Assembly: GCA_013265495.1 (NCBI GenBank) | Contig: MU058636.1 | Span: forward strand, 9,564,176 to 9,628,175 | Direction of reading: 5' to 3' | DNA: 64,000 bases | Source: Vicugna vicugna | Lineage: Eukaryota | Shown: positions 12,573 through 25,734 of the stretch, in pieces | Numbering within the stretch: the stretch's first letter is position 1 | Layout of the letters: each line of letters begins with the position of its first letter | Position numbers and translations under genes: made by a program | The notes under the pieces: model-generated | The model's input: the letters and a program-made list of their open reading frames with translations, nothing else | Databases searched by the model: none | Told to the model about the DNA's origin: nothing

Positions 12573-15500
12573 CTATGACAAGTGCACAGTTTATACCCTG
12601 CCATGATGTCGCCTCAAACGTGACCATCACATAGCCGACTACCTGCAGGAGAGCCCTACTGAAGACTCAGTAGTGCTCAGAATTGAAGTCACAAGTATCC
12701 CCAATACATCTTTACCCTCTGAACTCTTTTTTGTTGTTGTTGTTGTTAGTGACAGGACCAGTGACTCATTTCCAATACCAAGACTTGATGATCTCACATC
12801 CTAAACAGATTCAAATCCAAGGCCTCTTCTCCACTTGAATTGCTGTTTTAGCTTTGACCCTCATCTTTTCTCGCACAGATGGAACATTCATTTCCCAATG
12901 ATCATACCTCTTTATAAGTCTATGCTACAGAAGGTGGTCTACCTAAAACACAATCGCACTGTTTAAACCCTTTACTGTCTCCCCATCACATCAAGTTAAA
13001 GTCCAAGTTCCTCAAAACAGCCTAAGGAGGACCTGGTCAGCCAGGTTAAGCTCACAAGGCTCAACAGCGGAGAGTAAGGGTTAAAATCTAAAAATGCTCT
13101 GACTCCAAAGCCCTCCTTAACCAAAATCCCTGATGCTCGTCCTGTGATTGACAGCTCTCCTTTTAAGAATGGATCACAGGGAGTGAAGCTGAATCTGGAT
13201 CTACCGGCAATAAATACAAGCAAACTTCTCGTTGTGTTGCCTCTCCCATTCCCACACGTGCTCTAGGAAAACTTTGATGGCTTGAAGCAAAGGAAATAGA
13301 TTTCTCTTACATTCCAAACCACAAACTCACAAAATCTAGATAACTGAAATTTCACTTCATATCTGAAAAGATTTATATAGTTTTAAAATATGCAGCCAGG
13401 ATTCATAAGTCATGGCAAGAAAAGAGGAGATGGAGGGGGATGCTTACATGATAGAATGATCACCAGAGAGCTACACAAGAAAATATTCAGATAACTATCA
13501 TTTGTGGGCAACAATAGTTTAATTAGGAATAAAGCTATGGCAGATTTCAGATGGTTTCATTGTAAGTAGTATCAACTGTCAGTCGGGTAACAACTCAGTG
13601 TGTTGTTTTTCTTTTAAATGTTTAAAGCAATAGCCTAAAATATATGAGGCTACCTCTTGAAGAGGAATGTTTAAAGTAGGGAAAACCCTGTCATTTCTCT
13701 TATGTCTGGTTTACATTCTTTATCCCCTTAGCTAATCAGATTCAGTAAACATGAATCCTAAATTCCATTAAGACAACCATGTAAGCATTCAATTGAAAAT
13801 GTCTACAATAAAAAAAACTAACCATTTCATATAGTGCAAATTTTAACAAAGCGTATTCTTTCTAGGAAATCTCAAAGGATGCCTCATCCTACAAATCAGG
13901 CTGAAGAAGCAATGTTTGTGACCACATATGTAGAAGGTTATAAATGTACTCATTGAATTAAGGGGAATAAGATATGAGCTGGACAAAATTCCTAAGTAAT
14001 GCTTGTCCTACATAAGCACTAATTAGCTGGCAGAATAGTCAGCTTTCATAGAAATATCTGAAAGTCATCTAAAATTGAATACAATCAAATTCAAAATAAA
14101 ATATTTAAGACACGGAACAGTCTAAAGAGTCACTGATCGAAGGCACAGAGTTGTGCTGGTGGATTACTGGTTCTTTAAACTTTGTGTATGCGTCATAGCC
14201 CCTATTGGGAATCAGATGGAAGTCTGATCCTCTTTCCAGAAATGGGTACAACACGCACAAGTGCAGGGCCAGGCATAGATCTTCCAGGAATGTATGAAAT
14301 AAAGAAATCCTAAGTGAGAGGTTCAAGTCCTACACTCATATTATACATCGTGTGCACTGCCTGTTACTCAAAAACCTCTCTTTAAAAAGCAAAAGCTTTA
14401 TACCTAATTTCTGTGATTTTTAACAAGGCAAAGACACCACAATCCAATTTTCTACACCAGGTAGACTTGGCCACTCGTCTTCCGTCTGTTCATTTCTCTA
14501 CTATTTTGGCTGTCTGTCCTGTCCGTCCTCTGCTGGCTTTGATCAGTACCTTCCACCTTAAGCCCCTGCTGTTGAACAAACAGCCAAACCCTAACCTTGT
14601 GAGCTTGTGCACAGAGCCATCGAAAAGTGATGGGAAAGTTATGTTTCCCCTAAATCAGAGGATCAGCGGGAGACCTCAGTCAGTGGCCATGGCTTCTCAT
14701 CCTCCGAGTCAGCCGTCACGTGACCTTTGAGTCCCTAGGTCATAAAGCTACAGGCAAGGGGATCAGAATTCACTGGAAAGTAATGAAAAATGTTACTGAG
14801 GTTAAAGGTGAGGGACACAATCTAATGCCTGATGAAGGCAAATTTCCAAGCTTATACCCACATAAAGCAAAAACAACCAGGACTGAAACTCCCTGTATTG
14901 TACTCATGCTGTTTTTACCCAACCAAAGTCACGTCTAGTGTTTTTGAAGATTCTAAAAATGTATGGTACACAATTCTAAATACAACAATAATTGAGGGTA
15001 CACAATAAATTTGATATAGATTTTTCCCTGTCAAAATAGGGCAAAATAGAGAAGAAGGACACATTCTTTTAAAACTATTCCTGTATCTATTAAGGAAAAA
15101 AAAAAAACCCAAGTAGGAGAAACAAATTAATTCCTAGAGTAGATTAGTTTACAATTACATATCAATAGGTCTTAGCTTTCAAAAGGAAGGAATCTTTTTA
15201 GTGTATGTTTTATAAAAGAATGACTCACACGGAGTTTGTTCTAAGATTAAGAAATACTTAGAAGATCTTAATAAAATGCAATGTAAGGGGACCAATGATT
15301 ATCAAAATAGATACAAATTTATGAATGAATATCTACATCTAAGGAAAAGCAACCACGGTCATAAATTGAAAATTTCCAGGCTTCAAGGTCAGGATTTTAT
15401 AAGCCTTTGTTTTACATAATATGACTTCTTATAAAACCGTTAAATTCACAAGATTTTACATGACAGTGTATCTTTATCCTACTTTGTCCCACAAGAAAGA

Positions 15501-15609
15501 ATTGAAAATCTTCTTGAATCTAGCCAATCTTTTCTAATACTAATATTTATGAGTTAGCTAATATTAATCTTTTCCAAATTTGGTAAGAAATACATATAAG
15601 ATATTAAAA

Positions 15610-16100
15610 TATTACTCAGTCATAAAAAAGAATAAAATAATGCCACTTGCAGCAACATGGATGGATCAGAGATTATCATACTAAGTGAAGTAAGTCAGAC
15701 AGAGAAACACAAATACCATGATATGACTTATATATAGAATCTTAAAAGAAATGATGCAATTGAATATGTTTACAAAACAGAAACAGACTCACAGACATAG
15801 AAAACAAACTTATGGTTATGAAAGGGGAAAGGGGAAAGAGACAAAATTAGGATTTTGGGATTAACAGATACACACTACAACTATAAAATAGGTAACTACT
15901 ATTTATAAAACAAGGACCTACTGTATAGCTTAGGAAACTACATTCAATATCTTGTAACAACCTATAATGGAAAATAATCTGAGACAGAATACACACACAC
16001 ACACACACATATAACTGAATCACTTTGCTGTACACCTGAAACTAACACAACACTGCAAATCAACTATACTTCAAAAGTCAATGCCTAAGCAAAAAAAAAA
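15610..16100 (+). mobile_element. LINE-1 3' end (cetartiodactyl-type) with poly(A) and target-site duplication
   Basis: tgcagcaacatggatgga...ctaagtgaagtaagtcagacagagaaa. A-tail at 16091-16101; flanks atacatataagatattaaaa (15590-15609) and atacatacaaaatattaaaa (16101-16120) match at 18/20. Confidence 0.92.
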
Positions 16101-16339
16101 ATACATACAAAATATTAAAAAGGAAGCTTAAAATATTTTTCTTCTATTTCCTAATTATTCAAACCATAGGTGTTTCCAGTTCAAAACCTACGTATGAGTC
16201 CATGGCACGTTCTCTGATTATTCCAGAGAAAACTGAGGCTTGACATCTTGACAGAAGATGTGCGGCTCTACCATCATTCATCTGGTCACAGCGAGGAAGA
16301 GCGCACGTTACTGTGGGAGGAGGAACAGGCTGGGGCTCA

Positions 16340-16495
16340 CCTGACTCAGGCCTGAATCCCAGCCTGGCCACTAGCTGGCTCCAAGATTTTGAGCTCTCTA
16401 CCTCTGCCTTCTCATCTGTGAAATGGGACCAACCCTCATTTACAGAAACAAATGTCCAGCCTACAGTTAGCATATAATAGATCACGATTCCTCTT
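16340..16495 (+). mobile_element. MIR SINE
   Basis: ctgaatcccagcctggccactagct...ctcatctgtgaaatggg. Confidence 0.6.
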
Positions 16496-18092
16496 ATTTA
16501 GATTATTCATTAACTTTTGTGTGTTTAATCTTGTCCTCCAGCTCCACTGCAGAGTAGGGTCCAGCATCAGCATTTAGCTGGAGGATGACATGCTGAGGCT
16601 CCCGGGGACTGAGACTGCTTCACAAGAGGCTGGAAGCATGGGGACGGGGTCTCAGCAGGATGTGGCTTCTTCCTGGACCAGGAAAGGAGGAAGGTCCATT
16701 TCCATTCTATTCCCTCCTGCCCACTCTGCTCATCAAATGGAAAGATAGTCAAGACCCGACACACAGTTGACAAGAGCTCTCTGTTGCCCTTCCTGAGGAC
16801 AACAGAGCACAGGGCACAGAAGTGAGGGCAGAGAGGTAAGATATTCATAAACCCTGATTTGTGATCAAGCTCATGCCCACAGGACAGTCATTTCAGAAGC
16901 TGCTGATACATTTGCTTGCATTTCACACTTTAACATACAATTAACTGATGACTTTTTTAAAAATACATTTTTTCCTATGCTACAAGCATTTCATTATCTG
17001 TATAAATGTAAAACTGCTCTAATGAAAATCCACAGATGGTCCTGGCATCTTGGTCACAACATCTTCCTCCTTTGCTACAAAATCTTTATGTCCAGGGATC
17101 AAGACGGTACAGTGGCCAGATTTATTTTTAGCTTCATTTTAATTCCAAAAGGTCTACATTTCGGTAACAGATGATATGCTATGAAGACAGCAACTAGACG
17201 ATGAGAAGCCACAAAAGATGCTGGTTGTAGTTTAGCCTTTGGGAAGTTCAGAGCCCAGTGGTGGGGACAGCTCTGGAGTCGGCAAGAGCCTTCCTTTTGG
17301 GTCCAGGTCCCTCGGCCCGACGTGCACATCTCTCCCTGTGGTTCCTTTCTCACCTCTGGGCAGCCCAGGTGGGGACTGTCGGCTGCTCCCCATCTTCAGA
17401 TTTACTTTCAGCAGCTGAAGGATCATCTGTGCTGACAAGTCTGATTAGAACTCTCACCAATTCACTTTTAAATCTGTGGAGACCGCAGAGGGGCCAACAT
17501 TTCCCTTCCACTCAGGTTTATGTACCAGGCGAGCAGCCCTGGAGGACATATCCCTTCCTTCTGCTTTATCACAATTCAATTTCTCTTGTAAACTAAACCT
17601 ACCCCCGGGGACTGCTTAAATATAAAGGTTTCTCTTACCTCTTCTAGGGACTAGTGACTCTTTGGCAAATCCATTTTGAACTGGTTCTTTGGCTCCCAAA
17701 CCAAAGAGGAAATAAGCTCATTTGCCACTGTTCTGATTTATAATCATTTAACCGGAGTTCATACCGACTAAATTTGGGTCAAAATGATTTACTGGTGCAA
17801 CACAGCTAAGTCAGTAACATACCAGCGCTGAGGGAGAGAACGGATGGCTCAGGTTGCTAACGCTTACTGCTTTCAATTTTACGCTAAGAAAACTGGTGCA
17901 GGCTGGCTTCAAAGATGGTAAATTAAGCATTAGTTCAAATTTGTGGTGTGATGGGCGCTAGTATTAAGTAGTCGTTCTGGCTGTTTCATTAGGAATCAAA
18001 GAAGCAAAGCTTTCAAACTATTAACTAGAAATAAAAGATATTTAATTCACAAGCCAAAGCAGGAAGGATGGGAATTTAAACCTCCGGCTCCT

Positions 18093-18228
18093 TTCTGCAT
18101 GAGTGTACAACCTGTGCAACTGTATAGGGCCACTCTGGGTCCCCATGCTCTGCTGTCACCCTCTTGAGATTCTTAACTTTTGAGCATGGGGATTTTCCTT
18201 TTGCACTGGCCTTATGTCGTTAGTCCTG
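18093..18228. mobile_element. MER91-like hAT non-autonomous DNA transposon
   Basis: acctgtgcaact...atgctctgctgtcaccctcttgagattcttaa...ttttgcactggcc. Confidence 0.6.
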
Positions 18229-19475
18229 CATGAGAGACGTGACCATTATTCATTTACAGTCCTTCCCTCCTGACTAACAGAACAGAATTCATTCAATCAT
18301 TTATTTACTCAGTGGCTCTTTGCTGAGATCTGCTGTGTGATAAAGACGGAAGAAACTATAGTGAGACAGATATATCCATTACCCTCATGGAGTGAACAGA
18401 CTAAAAGAGAAAAAAAAAACAGTGAAAATGATAACATTTAAATAAGAGAAATATTTAAGTGCTAAACTGACCTTTAAAACCTGAAAGAAAATTCCACATG
18501 GCAGTTAAAAAGGATTGTTCCTAAACTGAAGAAATACACCCCACTTTGCTGCTTCCCTCAGTCTACCAAAGCACCTGTCACTTCTCTCCTCCATGCCACA
18601 CACTGGGTGACAAGGCATCATCCCTCCAAGCAAAACCAAGGTAGCTGACACTTGAGTTCACAGTTTCAGGAAGTCATTTTACAAATTTGGAAAAGCGAGC
18701 ATTTTGGAAAGGAGGACAAGTTAAAGGAATGGAGCTCATGCACACACACTCAAGGGTTCCACTTGTCTCAAAAGGACCAAGCCCCACCCCACCCAAGTGT
18801 CCCATTAGTGTCCCTATATGTTCCAAGAGGTCATCTACCAGAGGCAGTCTGCCTGGGGGCACTACTGGGCATCACAACATCTGCACTCACTCATGGTCTC
18901 TGGGCATCTCCCTAACAACCCCACGTTGACGGCTACATTTGCTAACATTTTGAAATACAAATGTCCAGTAACATGGAAGCCAGAGCACCCAGCAGCTCAC
19001 CAGATATGATCCACTCTCCATCAACACAGACTGAATGGAAGAGGTTTCTGAGTCATTCATTTGCCACTTTTCAAATACACCCCCAGCAGCATGTCTCCAC
19101 CCACCTCACTGACAGTTTCTCCTTTTCTTACTTCACGAGGGAAGCAACCAAGTTAGTCTTGATCTAAAGGAAGTGGCTGCACCAGTCACTGCGGAGGGAC
19201 AGGGCCAAAGCACCCGGCTCAAGACCCCCGACAAAAACGACTCAACCAACACGGAGTAGGAGCTGTGAACCTTCGCACAGTAACGTTTCCGATGGTTGAC
19301 TCTGCCAGCACTGTCTGCTGGTTCGAATGTAACTGAAGTGGGAACAGGGACAAGAAGACCACCTTCTGCAACAAACTCGATCGGAAGTAGTTACACTTCC
19401 GCAGAATTTCATTCTAAGCACAGGGGCTCTTGGCATCCAAAACTGAAAATTTCGCAGCGTCTGTATTTTGCTATC

Positions 19476-19598
19476 AGGATCAGCAGATACAAACTACAAT
19501 ATATAAAATAGAAAAACAACAAGGTTCTACTGTACAGCACAGGGAACTACAATCAGCATCTTGTAATAACCTATAATGGAAAAGAATCTGAAAAATCT

Positions 19599-19639
<41 letters not shown>

Positions 19640-19715
19640 ACAACTGAATCACTATGCTGCGCACTAGAAACTAACCGAACACTATAAATCAACTACACTT
19701 CAATTTAAGAAAAAG
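19476..19715 (+). mobile_element. LINE-1 3' end containing a (TG)n microsatellite (~19605-19634)
   Basis: caacaaggttctactgtacagcacagggaactac...taataacctataatggaaaagaatctg...aaatcaactacacttcaa; same family as 15610-16100. Confidence 0.9.
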
Positions 19716-21839
19716 AGTACTGGACATAGGAAGCGACCTAGCCAAAAGCAGGGGGTGGTAATTAACAGTGTAACATAGAGAACACAGACTGAGTATGTCA
19801 TGAACCCCAAATTAGAATCTTGCTCATGTGAATACCTGGACTGAATATTTTCCAGAATGATTTTAAGCAAATCATCTGCCCAACGAATGTAAACATTGAG
19901 AGAAGCACCGGGTGTGCTGAGAGATGTCACAGGGGGCTGGCAATATACATGAAAGATGGTGTTCCCCCCAGGCTTCCACCAGGAAAAAAAAAAGTTGACA
20001 AAGTCTGAAGGAAGCTCAAGAAAGGCAGGATTCCTTCAATCTGTGCCATCGGAGAAGACTTCTTGGAGAAGTCCACATTCACATCAGGCCTTAAAAGACC
20101 AGTCGATTTGGGTCCGGTGTGCAGGGGAAGAGGAACAGTGTCAGTGAAGGCACAGAAGTGGGGAGTGCACAAGAAACACTGTAAAATTCAGCAAACTGGG
20201 CAACGCGGAACCCATGGGACGGATGCCAGTGGGTGGTAACATGAGAAATGGAGTGTGGGGCACACGGCCTACATGCTCCTACATGGAGCAACAGAGGAAT
20301 ATAGAGCACGAAGGGCCATGATCACAGCCAAGGTTACTCTGGAGGCACCAGGAGGATGGACAGGAGGGGGCAGGTGTGCAGGGCAGGAGCCCAGGCAAGA
20401 GACAGTCATCGGCCACCTAGCACGGGTCCTCTGAGCCACCCGAAGTACTTGTGATAGGCACCGTGATGCTGAACGAAGACACAACTTAATGCCTTTTAAA
20501 TTAATGGCTTTTTCATAATTAATAGCTTTTTAAACGGTCACTCGGAGATCATGACTGTTGTAGTAACATGTTTCAATCACACACAGTTACACTGACATTA
20601 ACTTTCTCATGGTTTATTCAAGACAATAAAATTTCTCACCATTCTACAGGATTCAGCCTCTGATGACAAAGCAAATGACTGTTTTACAGCATGTGCTTCT
20701 GCCCCATCTCTATCCTCAATTTCAAACTCCCTTTTCTCTTTCTCTCCTAATGTACTTGGTGCAGTTTTTAAAGAATTATAGGCAAGCATCAAAGATATTT
20801 TCTTTTTATTTTGCTCAATTCCTCCGAGAACCAGAAATGAAAGTTGCAAAGCCCCTAAATTGAGCTTTAATCTTAAAGAACATCACTTCAACACACACCT
20901 GCAAATATCCCTGGCAAGCCTCATTTTGTGAAGATAAAATAACAATCTAGCTGTATAAGACAATACTGAAGCTGGCTGCTGGGAGAATACTGATGGCATC
21001 TTTCTGAGGGTGAGTCTAGTGACCAAAGCCATGAATTTATAAACTCCTTGAGGTCACAACCCTGTATTATATTCACTTCTTTTGTTTCCCATAGCGTCTA
21101 TCACAGTTTCAAAAACAAATCTGCAGAAGGATTTTAGGATTAAATGAGAAAACCTATACAGAAGTGTTTTGTATATTATAAAATGACATATTAACAGTAG
21201 CTGACATTCATTGACTCGGAACTCTAAAGAACTAATTTTACTTTCAGTTGGTCTCTGTGGTTATTCAAGAGGGATTAAAAAAAAAAAGACAGGTAGCAAC
21301 CAGGCTATAAATATGCTGGGGTGTATCAGAGGAGAAATGGAGAGCTAAAGGAAGAAACCTCACAGAACCTAAGGATAACCGAAAAAAATTACCACCGTTA
21401 TGGAGAAAACCCACAATACTGGAGCATGACTAACACAAACGAACAAATAAAAAAACACTTGTCCAGATGTTGAGAGTCTCTAAACAGATTGTACCTCAAA
21501 TTATGATGCATGGGGGTCAAATACAGCTAGGAACAAGGTGTGATTACTGGGTCCTGAGCAATAAGTCATGTGCAGATTCGAATACCACCAGTACAAAAAT
21601 TAGTTTGGGAAACGCAGTATTGTGCAAAAGCAAACTAAAAGCAGGCTAAAGTAAACCAGAGTTCTTTCTTTCAGTTCTTTCTAGTTCTTTCTTGGTCTGC
21701 TTCTACTCTTTACATTAGCCTCATATCTAGAATGCTGCCTCGCACAGAGCAGGATTCAATGAATGCGTAGTGAATGAAGCTTATTCACTTTTTAAGTTAA
21801 AGTCAAGTGTAAAAATTTAAGTCAAATGAAGTACTGGTA

Positions 21840-22055
21840 ACAATCACATTTACTGGGAAGCTACCTTTCCAGGTCTGATATTACATGATTTCCGTATGTT
21901 TAAACGTCACAAAAACCCGGTGAGTTAGTATTACGATTAGTTAACAGGTGAAGGATCTGAGACTGAGTCAGTTGCTTGCCCAGGTCCATGAAGCTCACAA
22001 GTGGCAGAATGCAACCCTGCCTGTACAGATCCTGTGTTCGCTTCCTTTACACGAC
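21840..22055 (-). mobile_element. MIR SINE
   Basis: aacaggtgaaggatctgagactgag...cttgcccaggtc. Confidence 0.6.
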
Positions 22056-24257
22056 AACACATGGCCATAGAAGACTGTAAACACAGGAACAGAAGGCAGT
22101 GCTTGAGGGTTTGCTAATACAAAAAAAAAAAAAAAGTACTAACATCTCACTTTACTTACAGTCTTACAGAAGCAGTTTCTTCTGCAATCTGACTGCAGGC
22201 AAAATTCTGAAGCATCCCATGTGGGAAAAACTGTTGTTATTCTAATCTGAGGCTGTAAGTAACGCTGCAAAAACAATCTGCCACACTTTACCAGCCTAAG
22301 ACGCTAAATAGGGAAAGTATAGAGAATTGAAAACATTTCCCTCCTCCAGTATTTTCCACCATCTTAAAATCTCATCAGATTCAGATTTCCAGATCTGCCC
22401 TAACTGGGCCGCAGGACGATTACGGGAAAACCACACCACACAAAGCATGATTGTCCGAAATTACCCTGAAGTCAAATGTACGGAAAATGGGGCCACGCAG
22501 AGAAGAAGAGCTCGGTGCTGTGTAATTGCATGAAACCTACCAGGCACCGAGGGCATTGGCAGCCAAACCGAATTTTAAATGGTGCTGACCAGGAGGGTAT
22601 AATCAAGACGGCCAGCAGTGGGTGGATGAGATAGATGAACCAACGGACTTTCTTCCACCAGGCGATCAAAATAGAATGCCGCCTTTATGCATAAGACCAA
22701 AATTTTTTTTAAGTTAAAATATTCATCCTTCACACCTCTGCTTTTTCACTAAGTAGCCGTTTCTAGGCTCTTCCTTCCTCAAGGAGTAACAAAAGGACAT
22801 TTCGTGTTTCATGACTTTCAATGCAATTGACCCATGGCACGTGAACAATAACCATTGATAATATTAACTCACAGGTAACAACCAAGGGACAACTAGTTTC
22901 TTTTCTTTCTCTACCTTATGACACAGCTGTCACATGACTAACATATCCTATGACAGAATCTCTTAGGTCTTCGGACAAGAAGATTCATTTACCACAAGTA
23001 ACCAAAAGCAATGCTCAATTATAAACCCATTGAAAATACTCTTCAGTTATTTCTTTATAGGTAAAATAAAGCTATAACCGAAAACATCAAATGTTTTTAT
23101 GAAAATCAGATATATAAAATTACTCTGACATCTGCTTAAGTTTATCTACTTACACACTTATTATTTCCCACACTTTCAGGAAGAGAAAAGGGAAATGTCT
23201 GCTTGTGAGATGCCAGTGAGGTTCAATGATGCTGACCATTACTAGATGACAGGTGTCATCAAAAATGCTCCTCTTAAAGCCCCCAGGTGTGCTGAGCAGT
23301 CAGTAACCCTCCTGTGCCCCCAGGTGAACGCGAAACAATTCTAAAACCAGAGGTAGCCACACTGCAGTGCTGTACAGTCAGTTACATCTACATACTGTCA
23401 CAACAGTAATATTCATTACTTGTTAAAATGTTTTGCTCTGTGAGTCAAAACAGAGCTGCTAGGATTTAAGACATGTTTTCTTGTTTGTTTTCTAATTGTG
23501 TGAGGGACTAGGGGAAAAAAGAGAGAAAATGCCTGGTTTTCTATATACACAGAAATATAAAGTTACTGAGCTATTCATTCATTCACTCATTTATTCATCT
23601 GAAAATGAGAGCAGCAAACCCCACTTGCCTCCGCCTCAGGATTGTCTTCGAAATCTTTTTCTCTTTATTCCCACAGCTCTGATGAGGTTCTCACCATCTC
23701 TGTCTGAGCCTGCTATAACAAGCCTCTTGCTGCCTTTCCTGGTTTTGTTATTCCCCAACTCAGTCTTTACTCCTCACTGCTACCAGATTATATAGTTCCT
23801 AAGTCAATTTTACCCAGAGCCACTCAAACACTTCCAGTTAGTTAAGTGTAGAATTCTAACCACGGAATATGAACAGGGACCTTCAGACCTGATCCTTTGT
23901 CACAGTACCCCCAGTCCACACCTTATGTATGTTGCCATTCCTTGAATTCCCACTGGATCTTTTTACAACTTGGCTCTGAGAATTGGACGTTCCCTTTGCT
24001 CGAAATCCCAGGGAGCCATCTGCTCATCCTTCAGACCCAGCTCAGCTAGCACCTCTGCCCCGGTGCCTTTGCAGACCCTACCAGACACAAGGTCCCTCCC
24101 TCTTCTGTGCTCCTACGGCATTTAGTTCACACTTCAGTGGACCCTGGGCATTCCTGAACATCTGAGATTTTTGTCTATTCACCAAAACCCCCAAGAGTTC
24201 ACAGTATGACATAATCTGCCACTTGGCTCGGGTGGGAATTCGAATGATGTATTATTG

Positions 24258-24790
24258 TATTTTAGCCAAGGTCCAGAAAGTGGAAGCTATCCTAAGTATC
24301 CCAAACACAGAGAATCTAATACAATATAGGAAACTGGTTACACAGGTGACGGAAGAGCTAAAAAGCCAGACAGAAGTTAAAGAGGTGACCCGGAAACTGG
24401 CATCAGCAGAAAACTGCTACCATCCATTAGACTGGAGTGATGCTGGGAGAAGATGCATTACCAATGGCGAGGAGAACTGGACTGTCTACTAGGGGAGGAT
24501 CAGGACGGCAGCTCCTGATGGGAGCTGGGACCGTGAAGGGCAGGGCTTTCCAGGAAAAGAGCCAACAGCTGCCAAAGATTCTGCCCAGCAGGAGCTAGAG
24601 AGGAAGAAATACCCTGGTTTCTCCCTGCCTCCATCTTCCAAATGTGCCTCCTATTGGCTGAATGTACCCAGATGCCAGGTGTCAAGGCTTCTGGGAAATG
24701 TAGTCCCCTGCGAAGCACAGCCAAGCAGGAGAGGGGCAGAAGGGAAGATGACTGGCACCCTGAGTGGGGCTGGCGAGCACCTCACTTGGC
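24258..24790 (-). mobile_element. Old ERVL-class LTR
   Basis: Starts tgtattttagccaaggtccag...ggaaactggttacacaggtgacggaagagct, typical of antisense old ERVL LTRs; subfamily not resolved. Confidence 0.55.
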
Positions 24791-25149
24791 AGCTGGATCA
24801 GCCTCACCGTATGCATCAGAGTGTATGCATCATGAGTCCTTCGGGGTAACTGCACTTTACATGTTGGCTTCCTCCATGAGACTGTGAGCTCCTCTACAGC
24901 AGAGATCTTATCTCAATCTGTATTCCAACACTGAGCACCGTATTTGACACACAGCAGGCACTAAAAATACTGCTAAATGCCCCTAAGCACTAATTCCCCG
25001 GATTTACTACCTATTTCAACTCAGCATTTCCTGAAGTTTGTTCTGCTGGCCATTCATTCAAGGAGATGCTATTGCATATTACAGATAAGTAGGGTTCCGC
25101 CAGTCTCAGGTAAGTTTGTGAAACACAACGTTAAAGTTAAGCTGGTTTC

Positions 25150-25500
25150 TTAGTACATTCTAGCTGCAATAGCAAAATATCATTGATTGGGTGGCTTAGA
25201 AACAACAGAAATGTATTTCTTCTTCTTCTGGAGGCTGGAGTCCAAGATCAGGTTGGCCATATGTTGGCTGGGAGCTCTCTTCCTGTATCCTCACATAGCA
25301 GAAGGAGCAAGGACCCTCTCTCCAACTTCTTTTATAAGAGCATTAATCTCATGCATGACAGCTCCACCCTCATGACCCAATCATCTCCCAAAAGCCTCAT
25401 CTCCCAATACCATCACACAGGGCATGAGGATTTCAGCAAATGAATTTGGGTGGGTGGGGGTGGCAGAAGGGAGGAGGGACACCAACATTCAGGCCAGGGC
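25150..25500 (-). mobile_element. MLT1A/B-like MaLR LTR
   Basis: gggtggcttagaaacaacagaaatgtattt...ctggaggctggagtccaagatcagg...ccaccctcatgaccc...aacattcag. Confidence 0.8.
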
Positions 25501-25628
25501 AGCTTATTTCTTTACTGTAGAAAATAAATAAAGCTCATTCAGAGCTTTCAAAATGTACTTGAAGAGAGAGGTAGTATTATGCAGCCTCATTTCAACCTGT
25601 AAGACTACAAAAACTTCTTTTCAAGTTT

Positions 25629-25734
25629 GGCTCAAGGGTAGAGCGTGTGCTTAGTATGCATGAGGTCTTGGGTTCAATCTCCAGTACCTCCATTAAATAA
25701 ATAAACCTAATTACCTTCCCCTCTCCCCAAAAAA
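25629..25734 (+). mobile_element. tRNA-derived SINE (camelid Vic-1-like)
   Basis: A-box gctcaagggtagagc, B-box gggttcaatctcc, tail aaataaataaacctaattacc. Confidence 0.85.
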
